A stretch of DNA of 23,307 nucleotides from Armatimonadota bacterium (lineage in GTDB: Bacteria; Vulcanimicrobiota; JACPDS01; JBDRKI01). Location: NCBI GenBank assembly GCA_043814095.1, contig JBDRKI010000020.1, forward strand, positions 1 to 23,307, written 5' to 3'. Of the stretch, positions 8,233 to 17,638 are shown piece by piece (position 1 is the first letter of the stretch; every line of letters begins with the position of its first letter). The notes beneath the pieces are model-generated. The model was not told where the DNA came from. It saw only the letters and a program-made list of their open reading frames with translations, and did no database searches. Both the position numbers and the translations under genes were made by a program.

Positions 8233-8277
8233 AATGGAGTCATGGTCGATTTATTTCAATTAACTCTGACTCCATTT
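8232..8277. repeat. REP-like imperfect palindrome (AAATGGAGTCA-N24-TGACTCCATTT)
   Basis: Perfect 11-bp arms 8232-8242 and 8267-8277 with partly paired inner arms. Immediately after the stop codon of the transglutaminase-like gene. Confidence 0.6.
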
Positions 8278-8484
8278 GCGCACAATTTTTCTGGACATTG
8301 CGTTTTTATGCGGTTTTTTTCTATGGTGCTTGAATGGGTATTAGAAACGCCTGCTTCACGCTGACTTATCTAAACTATACTTTCGAGCAAATTTGCGGCC
8401 CCGCTTTATTTCACAGAAGGAATGTACATAGAAATGTAAAATAAAATAATACATTATATTCTTAAGTGTCAGTGGAGGCGCGTT

Positions 8485-10896
8485 TTGGAAAGCATGGTTC
8501 TGTTTAAAGACCTGGCCATAGTTTTTGCGGCGGCTTTATTACTGGTACTTATCACGCAGCGCTTAAAACTGCCGACCCTTCTGTCTTATCTGGCGGTAGG
8601 AATTGCGCTGGGCCCTTATGGATTAAAGATTATAAGTGCATCTTCGGAAGTAAACGCCTTAGGGGAAATCGGAGTTGCCCTGCTGATGTTTGCGGTAGGG
8701 GTAGAATTTTCATTTAAAAAACTCTCTTCTGTGAAAAAAGTAGCTCTCTGGGGCGGCATGCTGCAGATTATCCTGATTATCCTTTTAACCGCCATATTCG
8801 GTTTTGTATTAAAATGGCCTCTCAACACTACAATACTTTTAGGATGTATCGCGGCCATTTCCAGTACTATGATTGTTATGAAAACCTTGACGGAGAGAAA
8901 CGAAACAAATTCCCTGCACGCACAAATTATGCTGGGAATTCTTATCGTGCAGGACTTAGCGGTAGTGGTAATGGTCGCGATGATGCCTTTTTTGGTATCT
9001 AATATCAACTCTCCTCAGACCATTTTTACGGGGATTGCCACGGCATCGGCTTATCTGGTACTGGCCTTTCTGGTAGTCAGGGGAATTTTGCCGCAGCTGA
9101 TGATGAGAATAGCTCAAACACAGAACAAAGAACTGTTTAATCTTTCGGTGGTGGGCATCTGTCTGGGAGCCGCCATAGGAAGTTTTTATCTGGGGTTGTC
9201 CCTGGCCCTGGGGGCATTTCTTGCAGGATTAATACTCGGAGAATCAGATTATCATCAACAGATATCGGCTACTATTGCACCTTTGCGCGATTTGTTTGCC
9301 ATGATATTTTTTGTGGCAATTGGAATGATGCTTGATTTCAGCGCTTTTGTCAGTAATTTCTGGTTTTTCATGGTGTTGTTGTTTATAATAATTATTATTA
9401 AGCCGCTGATAACCATGGTCATTATCAGGGCTTACAATTACAGCCCGAGAACATCTTTTCTCTGCGCTGCAGGAATGGGACAGATCGGGGAATTCAGTTT
9501 TTTGATCGCGAGCTTAGGCCTTGTAAAAGGAATATTATCCGCAAATGCTTATTCCGTGGTAATGAGTGCGGCTATAGCCAGTCTTGTTCTTTCCCCGTTT
9601 GCTTCTGCGGCCGCTCCGTTTATTTACCGCAATTTGACACAAGCCCCTTTCTGGCGTAAAAAACTCGGCAAGCATGAAGTCCCCGATACCATAACGGATG
9701 ATTTTAATTTTTCTGATCATATCATTATATGCGGCAATCCCAATATATGTACGGAACTTCTGCAATTTCTGAACCGGAAGCAAATTCCGTGGGCAGTGTT
9801 GGATGATTCTCATGCATTGGCGGAATTTCAACCCGACAAACACAGCGCTTATATTTACGGAGATCCGTCAAATGAATCTCTTCTTGCGCGGCTGAACCCT
9901 GCTCATGCCAAGGCCGCAACGATATGGCTTCATGATACTGAGGCATCGTGCGCGGCAATCAATGTTTTGCGCCGCATTAATCCCGATTTGCCTATCGTAG
10001 CCTCCGTTTCTAATTCTGAAGCGGCGGCAAAAGTTATAAAATCTGGCGCAAACCATATTATTATGCCTGAATTTGAAGCAAGCTTGGAAGTTTTGCGCTA
10101 CTTAATGCTGACTTTAAATATGCCGTTAGATGAGAGTCAGAGATATATAGAAGGCATCCGTCTGCACCGTTTTCACCAGTTTCCGCACAAACCTCAGCAA
10201 CATTCACTTGAGAAATTCAGTGAACATTATATATTGTGCGGCTTCGGACGGCTGGGAAGAGCGGTAAGCCGCCAGCTGAACGCCGCTGGCGTACCTCATG
10301 TAGCGGTTGAACTTGATCCCGAAAGAGCCCGGCGCTACGGCGACAGCGACACGCCTATATTATGGGGTAATGCCATAAAAGACAAGGTCTTGCTGCAGGC
10401 CGGCATTAAAAAAGCCAAGGGCTTGGTGGTTGCCGCTGATAACGATTCCGTAAATATGCATATCATACTTACCGCGCGGCGCTTAAATACCAACTTAGAT
10501 ATTATAGCTTACGGCAGACATCAAGAGGCGGCTGAAAATTTAAAACAGGCCGGTGCCAGAAAAATTTACTCCCCCTATGATCTGGGAGGGATGAGAATCG
10601 CGGCGTCCATTGTTTCGCCCGCGGCCGCGGATTTAATGGAAAAACTTATTGCTCCCGCCACTCCTGGAATGGAAATAGCAGAAATTAAACTTGAACAGGG
10701 TTCATCTCTCGCCGGGCTGAGTTTGCGGGACAGCCACCTGCGTGAAAATACCGGAGCAACCATTATAGCGGTTCTCTCTTTGAAAAGCGGATTGAAGGTC
10801 AATCCGAAACCGGAAACATACTTAAATACAGGCGATTTTCTTATAGTTATGGGCACTAAGCCACAATTAGAAAAAGCAAAAAAACAAGCATTATAA
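8485..10896 (+). CDS. CPA2-family cation:proton antiporter (Kef-like) with two TrkA_N (RCK) domains and a TrkA_C domain
   Basis: GEIGVALLMFAVGVEFS, GILIVQDL, SLALGAFLAGL, QIGEFSF; RCK1 HIIICGNPNIC..YIYGDPS; RCK2 HYILCGFGRLG..WGNA; TrkA_C LAGLSLRDSHLRENTGATIIAV. TTG start with GGAGG RBS. Confidence 0.9.
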   Translation: MESMVLFKDLAIVFAAALLLVLITQRLKLPTLLSYLAVGIALGPYGLKIISASSEVNALGEIGVALLMFAVGVEFSFKKLSSVKKVALWGGMLQIILIILLTAIFGFVLKWPLNTTILLGCIAAISSTMIVMKTLTERNETNSLHAQIMLGILIVQDLAVVVMVAMMPFLVSNINSPQTIFTGIATASAYLVLAFLVVRGILPQLMMRIAQTQNKELFNLSVVGICLGAAIGSFYLGLSLALGAFLAGLILGESDYHQQISATIAPLRDLFAMIFFVAIGMMLDFSAFVSNFWFFMVLLFIIIIIKPLITMVIIRAYNYSPRTSFLCAAGMGQIGEFSFLIASLGLVKGILSANAYSVVMSAAIASLVLSPFASAAAPFIYRNLTQAPFWRKKLGKHEVPDTITDDFNFSDHIIICGNPNICTELLQFLNRKQIPWAVLDDSHALAEFQPDKHSAYIYGDPSNESLLARLNPAHAKAATIWLHDTEASCAAINVLRRINPDLPIVASVSNSEAAAKVIKSGANHIIMPEFEASLEVLRYLMLTLNMPLDESQRYIEGIRLHRFHQFPHKPQQHSLEKFSEHYILCGFGRLGRAVSRQLNAAGVPHVAVELDPERARRYGDSDTPILWGNAIKDKVLLQAGIKKAKGLVVAADNDSVNMHIILTARRLNTNLDIIAYGRHQEAAENLKQAGARKIYSPYDLGGMRIAASIVSPAAADLMEKLIAPATPGMEIAEIKLEQGSSLAGLSLRDSHLRENTGATIIAVLSLKSGLKVNPKPETYLNTGDFLIVMGTKPQLEKAKKQAL

Positions 10897-10913
10897 AAAA
10901 TAGTTTTTTATAA
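10891..10913. terminator. AT-only hairpin between convergent genes (possible weak bidirectional terminator)
   Basis: TTATAAAAAA-TAG-TTTTTTATAA is a perfect 10-bp inverted repeat. A second palindrome, TAATTATATATAATTA, lies at 10925-10940. Confidence 0.3.
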
Positions 10914-10937
10914 AGATAAGCTTCTAATTATATATAA

Positions 10938-11021
10938 TTATTTGGACATATAAGCGAATATTTCCTGACCGTAGTCATCCTGTTCTACTATATAATTACG
11001 GACTTCATTGGATTCGGCCAT
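10938..11021 (-). CDS. Small acidic protein, 27 aa (MAESNEVRNYIVEQDDYGQEIFAYMSK), function unknown
   Basis: Translated by hand. RBS AAGGGGTGA 5 nt upstream of the ATG; upstream TTGACC (11101-11096) and TATAAT (11080-11075) on the minus strand. Confidence 0.55.
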   Translation of the reverse strand: MAESNEVRNYIVEQDDYGQEIFAYMSK

Positions 11022-11160
11022 GTTTTTCACCCCTTAATAATATCTATATCTTCTCTCTATCTTTATTTTAAGGCATTATATACGGTATGGATATCGGTCA
11101 AATGGAGTATTTTTACCATAAATTTCCTTGTTTTTAGGGGGATTTTATATAAAAAGAGAG

Positions 11161-11188
11161 AAACCTGACTTTTATGGCAGTCAGCTAT
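11161..11188. promoter_or_regulatory. Palindromic operator-like site upstream of cysK (Rrf2/CymR/IscR-like half-sites)
   Basis: AAACCTGACT-tttatggc-AGTCAGCTAT, a CTGACT/AGTCAG inverted repeat lying between the putative promoter and the AAGGAG RBS. Confidence 0.4.
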
Positions 11189-11209
11189 GCTTATTAAGGA
11201 GCTACTATA

Positions 11210-12124
11210 ATGAAGATAGTAAATATTCTTGAATTAATAGGAAAAACACCTATTGTAAGGCTAAATAAAATATCTCCTCCCGGAGGGGGCTCAGTCTGGG
11301 CAAAGCTTGAACGCGTAAACCCCGGAGGCTCGGTAAAGGACAGGATCGCTCTTTCAATGATTGAAGATGCGGAAAAGCGCGGTATTATTAATAAAGACAC
11401 CGTTATTATTGAACCCACCAGCGGAAATACGGGCATAGGTCTTGCTATGGTATGCGCAGTTAAAGGGTACAAATTGATTCTAGTAATGCCCGACACAATG
11501 AGTATCGAAAGAAGAAAGATATTAACATCTTTCGGCGCCGAAATTATTCTTACCCCGGGTGCCGAAGCAATGACCGGCGCCGTAAACAAGGCATCTGAAA
11601 TCTTTAACAATCATGAAAATTATTTTATGCCCCAGCAGTTTAAAAACCCGGCAAACCCCCGGATACATGCCGAAACCACCGCTAAGGAAATTCTTGAGGA
11701 CTTCGGAAAAGATTTATCCGTATTTGTATGCGGTGTGGGAACTGGCGGAACAATAACCGGCGCGGGAGGGGTTCTTAAAAAAGAAATACAGGATATAAAA
11801 TTAATCGCTGTTGAGCCGGAAGAATCACCCGTACTCTCCGGCGGTAAAGCCGGACCGCATAAAATACAGGGAATCGGAGCCGGTTTTATACCCGACATTA
11901 TGGATTTAAAACTTGTTGATGAAATAGTACGGGTAAAATATGCAGATGCAAAGAAAACGGCTCAGAACCTAGCAAAAAAAGAAGGCCTATTAAGCGGAGT
12001 ATCCTCAGGGGCGGTATGCTTTGCCGCCATTGGCGAGGCAAAAAAGCTTCCAAAAGACAAAAACGTGCTGGTCATACTCCCTGATACAGGGGAAAGATAT
12101 CTCTCTACGGAATTATTTGATTGA
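11210..12124 (+). CDS. cysK: Cysteine synthase A (O-acetylserine sulfhydrylase)
   Basis: PLP lysine motif [61 protein letters not shown]. Confidence 0.97.
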   Translation: MKIVNILELIGKTPIVRLNKISPPGGGSVWAKLERVNPGGSVKDRIALSMIEDAEKRGIINKDTVIIEPTSGNTGIGLAMVCAVKGYKLILVMPDTMSIERRKILTSFGAEIILTPGAEAMTGAVNKASEIFNNHENYFMPQQFKNPANPRIHAETTAKEILEDFGKDLSVFVCGVGTGGTITGAGGVLKKEIQDIKLIAVEPEESPVLSGGKAGPHKIQGIGAGFIPDIMDLKLVDEIVRVKYADAKKTAQNLAKKEGLLSGVSSGAVCFAAIGEAKKLPKDKNVLVILPDTGERYLSTELFD

Positions 12125-12134
12125 GGTGATAAAA

Positions 12135-13109
12135 ATGAATAAGAATAAAAATGTTAATACTTGTTCTGAACTCCAGACCTGTATCGAAAAGATGCATATA
12201 GAGGACAGTTATTTAAATAAACTTCCTGCTGTTGTAAGGGAAATAGCAAAAGATATAGGAACCGAAGCCTCCCCTGACCATGTGGGATATCCTATGATAC
12301 CTTCAAGTGATTCAATGAAAGAGATAGTCGCCATAATTGAGACAATTCTTTATCCGGGGTATTTCGGTGAACAGGAAATAGAAAAAAGCAATGTTGAATT
12401 TTACCTGGGAAACCAGATAAACAGGTTATATAAAATACTTTCGCGCCAGTTCGCGAAATGCCTTATGCATAACTGCATGAAGTCCGGTAAAAAATCCTGT
12501 ACCGAATGCGCGGACGCGGGCAAAAATGAGGCATTAAAATTTATTAAAAAAATACCTGAGATAAGAAAAACACTCTGGGGCGATATAAAGGCTGCATATA
12601 TAGGAGACCCGGCGGCAAAAGGATATGAAGAGATTATTTTCTGCTATCCCGGCTTAAAAGCGATCTCCATCTACAGGGCCGCACACCAGATGCATATTCA
12701 GAGTATACCTTTTCTCCCGAGAATGATGTGTGAGTACGCGCACGCCAATACGGGCTGTGATATTCACCCCGGAGCAAAGATAGGCGACAATTTCTTTATA
12801 GATCACGCAACAGGTGTTGTTATAGGGGAAACCACGGTGATCGGCAAAAATGTAAGAATTTATCAGGGTGTAACACTCGGTTCTTTAAGGTTCCCAAAAG
12901 ATAAAAACGGTAATATAATAAGGGACAAAAAACGTCATCCCACTATTGAAGATGAAGTTATAATCTACGCGAACGCCACAATTCTGGGGGGCGAGACCGT
13001 TATCGGGAAGGGCTCAATAATAGGCGGCAACGTATGGATAACCGAGAGCGTACCGCCTCATTCAAGGGTTGTCGTTGAACCGGAGCATCAGAAGATAACG
13101 GTTAAATAA
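12135..13109 (+). CDS. cysE: Serine O-acetyltransferase (long EpsC-type N-terminus)
   Basis: GDPAA..EIIFCYPG, DIHPGAKIG, FFIDHATGVVIGET, IYQGVTLG, KRHPTI hexapeptide repeats. GAGGTGA RBS gives ATG 12135. Directly follows cysK. Confidence 0.93.
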   Translation: MNKNKNVNTCSELQTCIEKMHIEDSYLNKLPAVVREIAKDIGTEASPDHVGYPMIPSSDSMKEIVAIIETILYPGYFGEQEIEKSNVEFYLGNQINRLYKILSRQFAKCLMHNCMKSGKKSCTECADAGKNEALKFIKKIPEIRKTLWGDIKAAYIGDPAAKGYEEIIFCYPGLKAISIYRAAHQMHIQSIPFLPRMMCEYAHANTGCDIHPGAKIGDNFFIDHATGVVIGETTVIGKNVRIYQGVTLGSLRFPKDKNGNIIRDKKRHPTIEDEVIIYANATILGGETVIGKGSIIGGNVWITESVPPHSRVVVEPEHQKITVK

Positions 13110-13113
13110 TCTT

Positions 13114-14346
13114 TTATTCATACCTTAAAGCTTCAACGGGATCCAGCAAAGATGCCTTTCTTGCAGGATACACTCCGAAAATAACGCCTATCATCGTTGA
13201 ATAAAAGAAGGCTATAACTACCATCATATATGAAAATTTCATGGGTAAATGTATAAATCTCATATTAACCATTAAAAAAGTTAATGGCAGACTTAAAATC
13301 ACCCCTATCATGCCCCCGACAAGACAGATAAATACTGCCTCAGCGAGAAACTGAAAGGTAATATCTTTGGGCCTCGCGCCCAGGGCCATCCTTACACCTA
13401 TCTCTCTTGTTCTTTCCTTTACCGTTACAACCATTATATTCATTATATTTATCCCGCCCACAAGAAGCGAAATAATGGCTATAATATTTAAAAATACCGA
13501 CTGCCTGGCAAGATTATCCTTCATCATTTTTGTGTATTCATCAAGCGTTTCAACAGCAAAAAGATCTTCCGATCCCTTTGCTATCCTGCGTCTTTCCCTT
13601 AATACGTTTTTTACCTCGTTTTTAGCGTCATAAACATTATATTTCGGATCAACCACAAGCAAAGCGCTGTTAATCTCGCCCTGGCGTTTATTCCTTGAAG
13701 ATCCGAACCTTTCCGAAAGCGTGGTAAACGGTATTATTATGCTTTCATTTACCACAACCGGGTCAATCGCGGAAAAAACGGAATAATCACTAAGAACACC
13801 TATAACCCTAAGAGGTACCTTATTCGCGTAAATAACCTTATCAACAGCCCGCTGGCTTCTAAACAGTCTTTGCGCGATACTGTAACCCAATATACATACT
13901 CTCTCTGCTTTGCTTACATCCACACTTCCCCAGAAATTCCCATCGCTTAAGATTTTATCTCCTATTAAAAAGTACTCGGGGGTCGTACCAAGCAGATTGC
14001 CTTCAGTATCGCTGTTGCGGAAAGAAATTTTAGCATAAGCGCTTATGAAAGGTATTGCCTGGGAAATTTTAGTGCAGGCCTGTTTTACCGCCTTCATGTC
14101 CTTAATTGTTACGGACTCTGACTTCTGATAAACGCCGCGCTGCCTCTTGCTTGAAGAAACCACGATAATATTTGTGCCAAGACTTGAAAATTCGTTCTTT
14201 ATCATGTCTTCCATAGAAAGGCCGAGATTATACATCGTAATAACGGCCGCAATTCCCAGAATAATTCCGAGGAGCGTTAAAAAGGAACGGAATTTATTCC
14301 TCATTAAAGAATTAAGACTTAATCTGAATATTAAAAGCCAGTTCAT
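13114..14346 (-). CDS. MacB/FtsX-family ABC permease (second copy)
   Basis: RSFLTLLGIILGIAAV, SLLVGGINIMNIMVVTVKERTREIGVRMALGA, QFLAEA, PARKASLLDPVEALRYE. ATGA overlap with the upstream permease. Confidence 0.93.
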   Translation of the reverse strand: MNWLLIFRLSLNSLMRNKFRSFLTLLGIILGIAAVITMYNLGLSMEDMIKNEFSSLGTNIIVVSSSKRQRGVYQKSESVTIKDMKAVKQACTKISQAIPFISAYAKISFRNSDTEGNLLGTTPEYFLIGDKILSDGNFWGSVDVSKAERVCILGYSIAQRLFRSQRAVDKVIYANKVPLRVIGVLSDYSVFSAIDPVVVNESIIIPFTTLSERFGSSRNKRQGEINSALLVVDPKYNVYDAKNEVKNVLRERRRIAKGSEDLFAVETLDEYTKMMKDNLARQSVFLNIIAIISLLVGGINIMNIMVVTVKERTREIGVRMALGARPKDITFQFLAEAVFICLVGGMIGVILSLPLTFLMVNMRFIHLPMKFSYMMVVIAFFYSTMIGVIFGVYPARKASLLDPVEALRYE

Positions 14347-15572
14347 TCATACCTCAGCGATTCTATAGGATCCAGCTCCGCGGCGTTTTTTGCCGGATAA
14401 TATCCGAAAATAACACCTATGCCCGCGGAATAAATAAAAGCCAGCATAACCACCCACCACGATATCTTTGTGGGCCAGCCCATGCCCTTGGTTATGGCAA
14501 GAGAAGCGGGTATGGAAAGAATAACCCCTATTACCCCTCCTATAAAGCACAAAACCACGGCTTCGGTTAAAAACTGCAGGATAATATCTTTAGACTTCGC
14601 CCCTACCGCCATCCTTATGCCTATCTCTTTTGTTCTTTCCGTTACCGAAACAAGCATTATGTTCATAATGCCTATCCCGCCGATTAATAAAGATATAAAA
14701 GTGACAACCGAAAGAAAAGCTATAAAACCGCCCACCATTTTTTTCAATGCTTGAGTAAACTGCTCCGCGGTAGTTACGGTGAAGCTTTCTTCCTGGTCTT
14801 CCGGTATATTTTTTCTCTGGCGCAGAAGCCCGTTTATCTTATCCTTTACCGCATTCACATTATATTTTTTATAAATAACAACCCTTGCGTCAAATACCCT
14901 GGCTTCGCGCCTTTCCGAAAAAGCGGCATCCATAGTCGTATAAGGCATTACAACTTCTTTGTCCAGCTGGCCGAAGTATATTTTTCCTTTCGGATATTTT
15001 TTTAAAACACCTATGACCTCAAAAACTTCTTTTCCTATCCTTATCTTTTTCCCGACGGCAGAACCCGAGGAGAAGAGCTCCTTTGCGACATCATTTCCCA
15101 GCACGCATACCTTATTAAGTTTTCTTACGTCAAGCATCCCGAAATAACTCCCCTGCTCAAGCTCTTTATTGTCTATGGCAAAAAAATCGGGAGTTGTGCC
15201 TGTTACACTTGACTCAATAAATTTATTTTTAAAGGAAACTTTCCTGTTATACGCGGAAAGCTTCGGGACAATGGTTGAGACTTCATCACACTCTTTTTTT
15301 ATGGCATCCATGTCTTTCATTGTTATAGGGGTAAATTTTACGCCCCTTGCGGAGCTTTTGCCGAATTCCAGCTTGAAAGGAAGAATTATAATCGAATCGG
15401 CGCCGAGCGCCTTAAATTCTTTTTCTATCATATTATTAAAGCCCACACCTATGGTATAAATGGCGGTAACGGAGGCAATGCCCATTATAATGCCGATCAG
15501 GGTTAAAACAGACCTGAATTTGTTCCTGCTTAAATTGATTAACGCGATTTTCAGGCAGATTAGAAAGTTCAA
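14343..15572 (-). CDS. MacB/FtsX-family ABC permease (first copy)
   Basis: RSVLTLIGIIMGIASV, SLLIGGIGIMNIMLVSVTERTKEIGIRMAVGA, QFLTEA, LDPIESLRYE. TTG start with GGAGGGG RBS. Confidence 0.93.
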   Translation of the reverse strand: MNFLICLKIALINLSRNKFRSVLTLIGIIMGIASVTAIYTIGVGFNNMIEKEFKALGADSIIILPFKLEFGKSSARGVKFTPITMKDMDAIKKECDEVSTIVPKLSAYNRKVSFKNKFIESSVTGTTPDFFAIDNKELEQGSYFGMLDVRKLNKVCVLGNDVAKELFSSGSAVGKKIRIGKEVFEVIGVLKKYPKGKIYFGQLDKEVVMPYTTMDAAFSERREARVFDARVVIYKKYNVNAVKDKINGLLRQRKNIPEDQEESFTVTTAEQFTQALKKMVGGFIAFLSVVTFISLLIGGIGIMNIMLVSVTERTKEIGIRMAVGAKSKDIILQFLTEAVVLCFIGGVIGVILSIPASLAITKGMGWPTKISWWVVMLAFIYSAGIGVIFGYYPAKNAAELDPIESLRYE

Positions 15573-15591
15573 TTTAAATCCCCTCCGGACC

Positions 15592-16338
15592 CTAACGGGT
15601 CCGGCTTTTGTATTTCGCGAGTTCTACCTCGGCATTAAGCGTCACGGGAACAGAAAAATCTTTCTGGAGCATTCCGTCAAGAAAAACCAAATTTCTCTTC
15701 GTATGAGCAGAGATATCAAGCTCATGGGTAACTATCACGACCGTTATCCCGCTTTCTTCATTTAATTTTTGAAAGATACTTACTATCTCCAGGCTGGTTT
15801 TTGTATCAAGGTTGCCGGTAGGCTCATCCGCTAAAATTAAGGAAGGCTCGTTCACAAGAGCTCTGGCTATCGCCACTCTCTGCTGTTCACCGCCCGAGAG
15901 CTGGGCAGGGGTATGTTTTTCTTTGCCTTTTAATCCTACTTTTTCCAGAAGCTCCATCGCTTTTTCCCTGTTTTTCTCCGGAGACAAAAACGAACTGCGG
16001 TAATAAAGCGGTACTTCAACATTTTCAAGGGCGGTTGTTCTCGGGATAAGGTTGAAATTCTGAAACACAAAACCTATTTTGCTGTTCCTTATACCGGCAA
16101 GTTCGTCTCTGGAGAGCTTTGAAACATTTTTTCCTTCCAGAAAATAACTGCCCCTTGTAGGCCTGTCCAGACACCCGATGATATTCATAAAAGTCGATTT
16201 CCCCGAACCGCTGGGGCCCATTATCGCGGCAAACTCGCCCTTGCATATGGAAAGAGAAACATCTCTTAACGCGTGAACCTCAATCTGACCGTGCTTATAG
16301 GTTTTAGACATTCTGTCTATTTTTATTAAATCCGTCAT
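15592..16338 (-). CDS. MacB/LolD-type ABC ATP-binding protein
   Basis: Walker [19 protein letters not shown], signature [15 protein letters not shown], Walker [16 protein letters not shown]. Confidence 0.96.
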   Translation of the reverse strand: MTDLIKIDRMSKTYKHGQIEVHALRDVSLSICKGEFAAIMGPSGSGKSTFMNIIGCLDRPTRGSYFLEGKNVSKLSRDELAGIRNSKIGFVFQNFNLIPRTTALENVEVPLYYRSSFLSPEKNREKAMELLEKVGLKGKEKHTPAQLSGGEQQRVAIARALVNEPSLILADEPTGNLDTKTSLEIVSIFQKLNEESGITVVIVTHELDISAHTKRNLVFLDGMLQKDFSVPVTLNAEVELAKYKSRTR

Positions 16339-17631
16339 TTATTTTGTTATCTCCCCGACTGTAAGCTTCTCCTTTTCCTTTAAAGGGCCGGCTATAAATT
16401 CCGCGTATTTATTGTCGGACATCCCCAGTATTATCTCAACCGGATGAGGGCCCTTCTTGTTCATAACCCACACTACTCCCTTTGTCTGGTCCGGATTAGT
16501 GGGAGGAAGCTTGCTTTCTTTGCTTCTTAAATCTTTTAATTTTGCCTGTAATGCCTGTGCCTGCGGTATAAACCGCAGGGCTTCATTGGGTATTCTTAAA
16601 ACATCGGGCTTAAAAGCCGTACTTATCTCTACATCAGCGGTCATTCCGGGTTTGAGCAGAAGTTCCGGATTATCTATTTTTATTACCGCGTCATAGTAAA
16701 TTGTCTTGTCAATTTCCTGTGCCTCATCCCGTACCTGAACGATTTTTCCGGAAAAGATTTTTCCCGGATAAGCATCAACCTGTATCTTAGATTCCTGACC
16801 TTCTTTCACGCTGCCCACATCACTTTCGTTTATGCTGGCGTAAACTTCCATGCGTGAAAGATTGTTGGCAATCCTGAAAAGCGTTGCTGTCTGGAAATTT
16901 GAAACAACCGTCTGGCCCTCATCAATTTTCCTGGCTATAACAATCCCGTCAATGGGTGATATAATCTTCGTGTAACTTAAATCCGCTCTAGCGTCATTAA
17001 GCCCGGCTTCCGCTTTTTTAAGAGAATTTAAGCTTTCACTGTGCTGAAGCTTTGATATCTGATATTGCAGTTTCTGCTGGGCAAGCTGGTCCTGCGCGCT
17101 TTTAAGATCCTGCTGAGCGGCAATGTAATTTGCCTCTGCGGTATCAACATCCGCCTGTGGTATAAAGTTACTTTTAACAAGCTCGGTATATCTTTCAAAA
17201 GTTTTCTTTTTATCTTCCGTCAGGGCTTTATTTTTCTTAACCATAGACTCCTGCCTGTTCACATCTATTTCGGCGTTTTTTATATTCTTTAACTTCACTG
17301 ACACATCTTCTTTTGCCTGATTGTACGAAGCTTGAGAATCCTGAACTTTCGCTTCATACTTAGTGGGGTCTATTACGGCAATAAGCTGTCCTTTTTTCAC
17401 CTGACTGTTGAAGTCAACGTATATTTTCTCCACTTTACCGGTTACCTGGCATCCCACATCTACTATAACTTCCGGCTTTACCTCGCCTGTTGCCTCAACG
17501 GTTGAAGTAATATCGCCTTTGTCTATTTCAACGGTTCTGTATTTTGTTTTATTGCCCGCGCTTCTTACAAGGAAAAATATTATAATGATTAAAATTACCG
17601 CCCCGGCAATAAATAAAGGCTTCTTTTTCAT
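16339..17631 (-). CDS. MacA-like periplasmic adaptor (membrane fusion protein)
   Basis: N-terminal TM, VEATGEV..VDVGCQVTGKV..VDFNSQVKKGQLIA, long coiled coil, IISPIDGIV..GQTV, LLKPGMTA. GAGG RBS favours ATG 17631 over 17688. Confidence 0.93.
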   Translation of the reverse strand: MKKKPLFIAGAVILIIIIFFLVRSAGNKTKYRTVEIDKGDITSTVEATGEVKPEVIVDVGCQVTGKVEKIYVDFNSQVKKGQLIAVIDPTKYEAKVQDSQASYNQAKEDVSVKLKNIKNAEIDVNRQESMVKKNKALTEDKKKTFERYTELVKSNFIPQADVDTAEANYIAAQQDLKSAQDQLAQQKLQYQISKLQHSESLNSLKKAEAGLNDARADLSYTKIISPIDGIVIARKIDEGQTVVSNFQTATLFRIANNLSRMEVYASINESDVGSVKEGQESKIQVDAYPGKIFSGKIVQVRDEAQEIDKTIYYDAVIKIDNPELLLKPGMTADVEISTAFKPDVLRIPNEALRFIPQAQALQAKLKDLRSKESKLPPTNPDQTKGVVWVMNKKGPHPVEIILGMSDNKYAEFIAGPLKEKEKLTVGEITK

Positions 17632-17638
17632 AATAACC

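Noticed and set aside
2616-8277. Integron cassette array
   Set aside because: The genes are in mixed orientation with their own promoters, the palindromes lack RYYYAAC/GTTRRRY attC ends, and no integrase is present.
10940-11209. T-box or SAM riboswitch upstream of cysK
   Set aside because: No T-box or S-box consensus and no leader terminator are visible, and the leader appears short.
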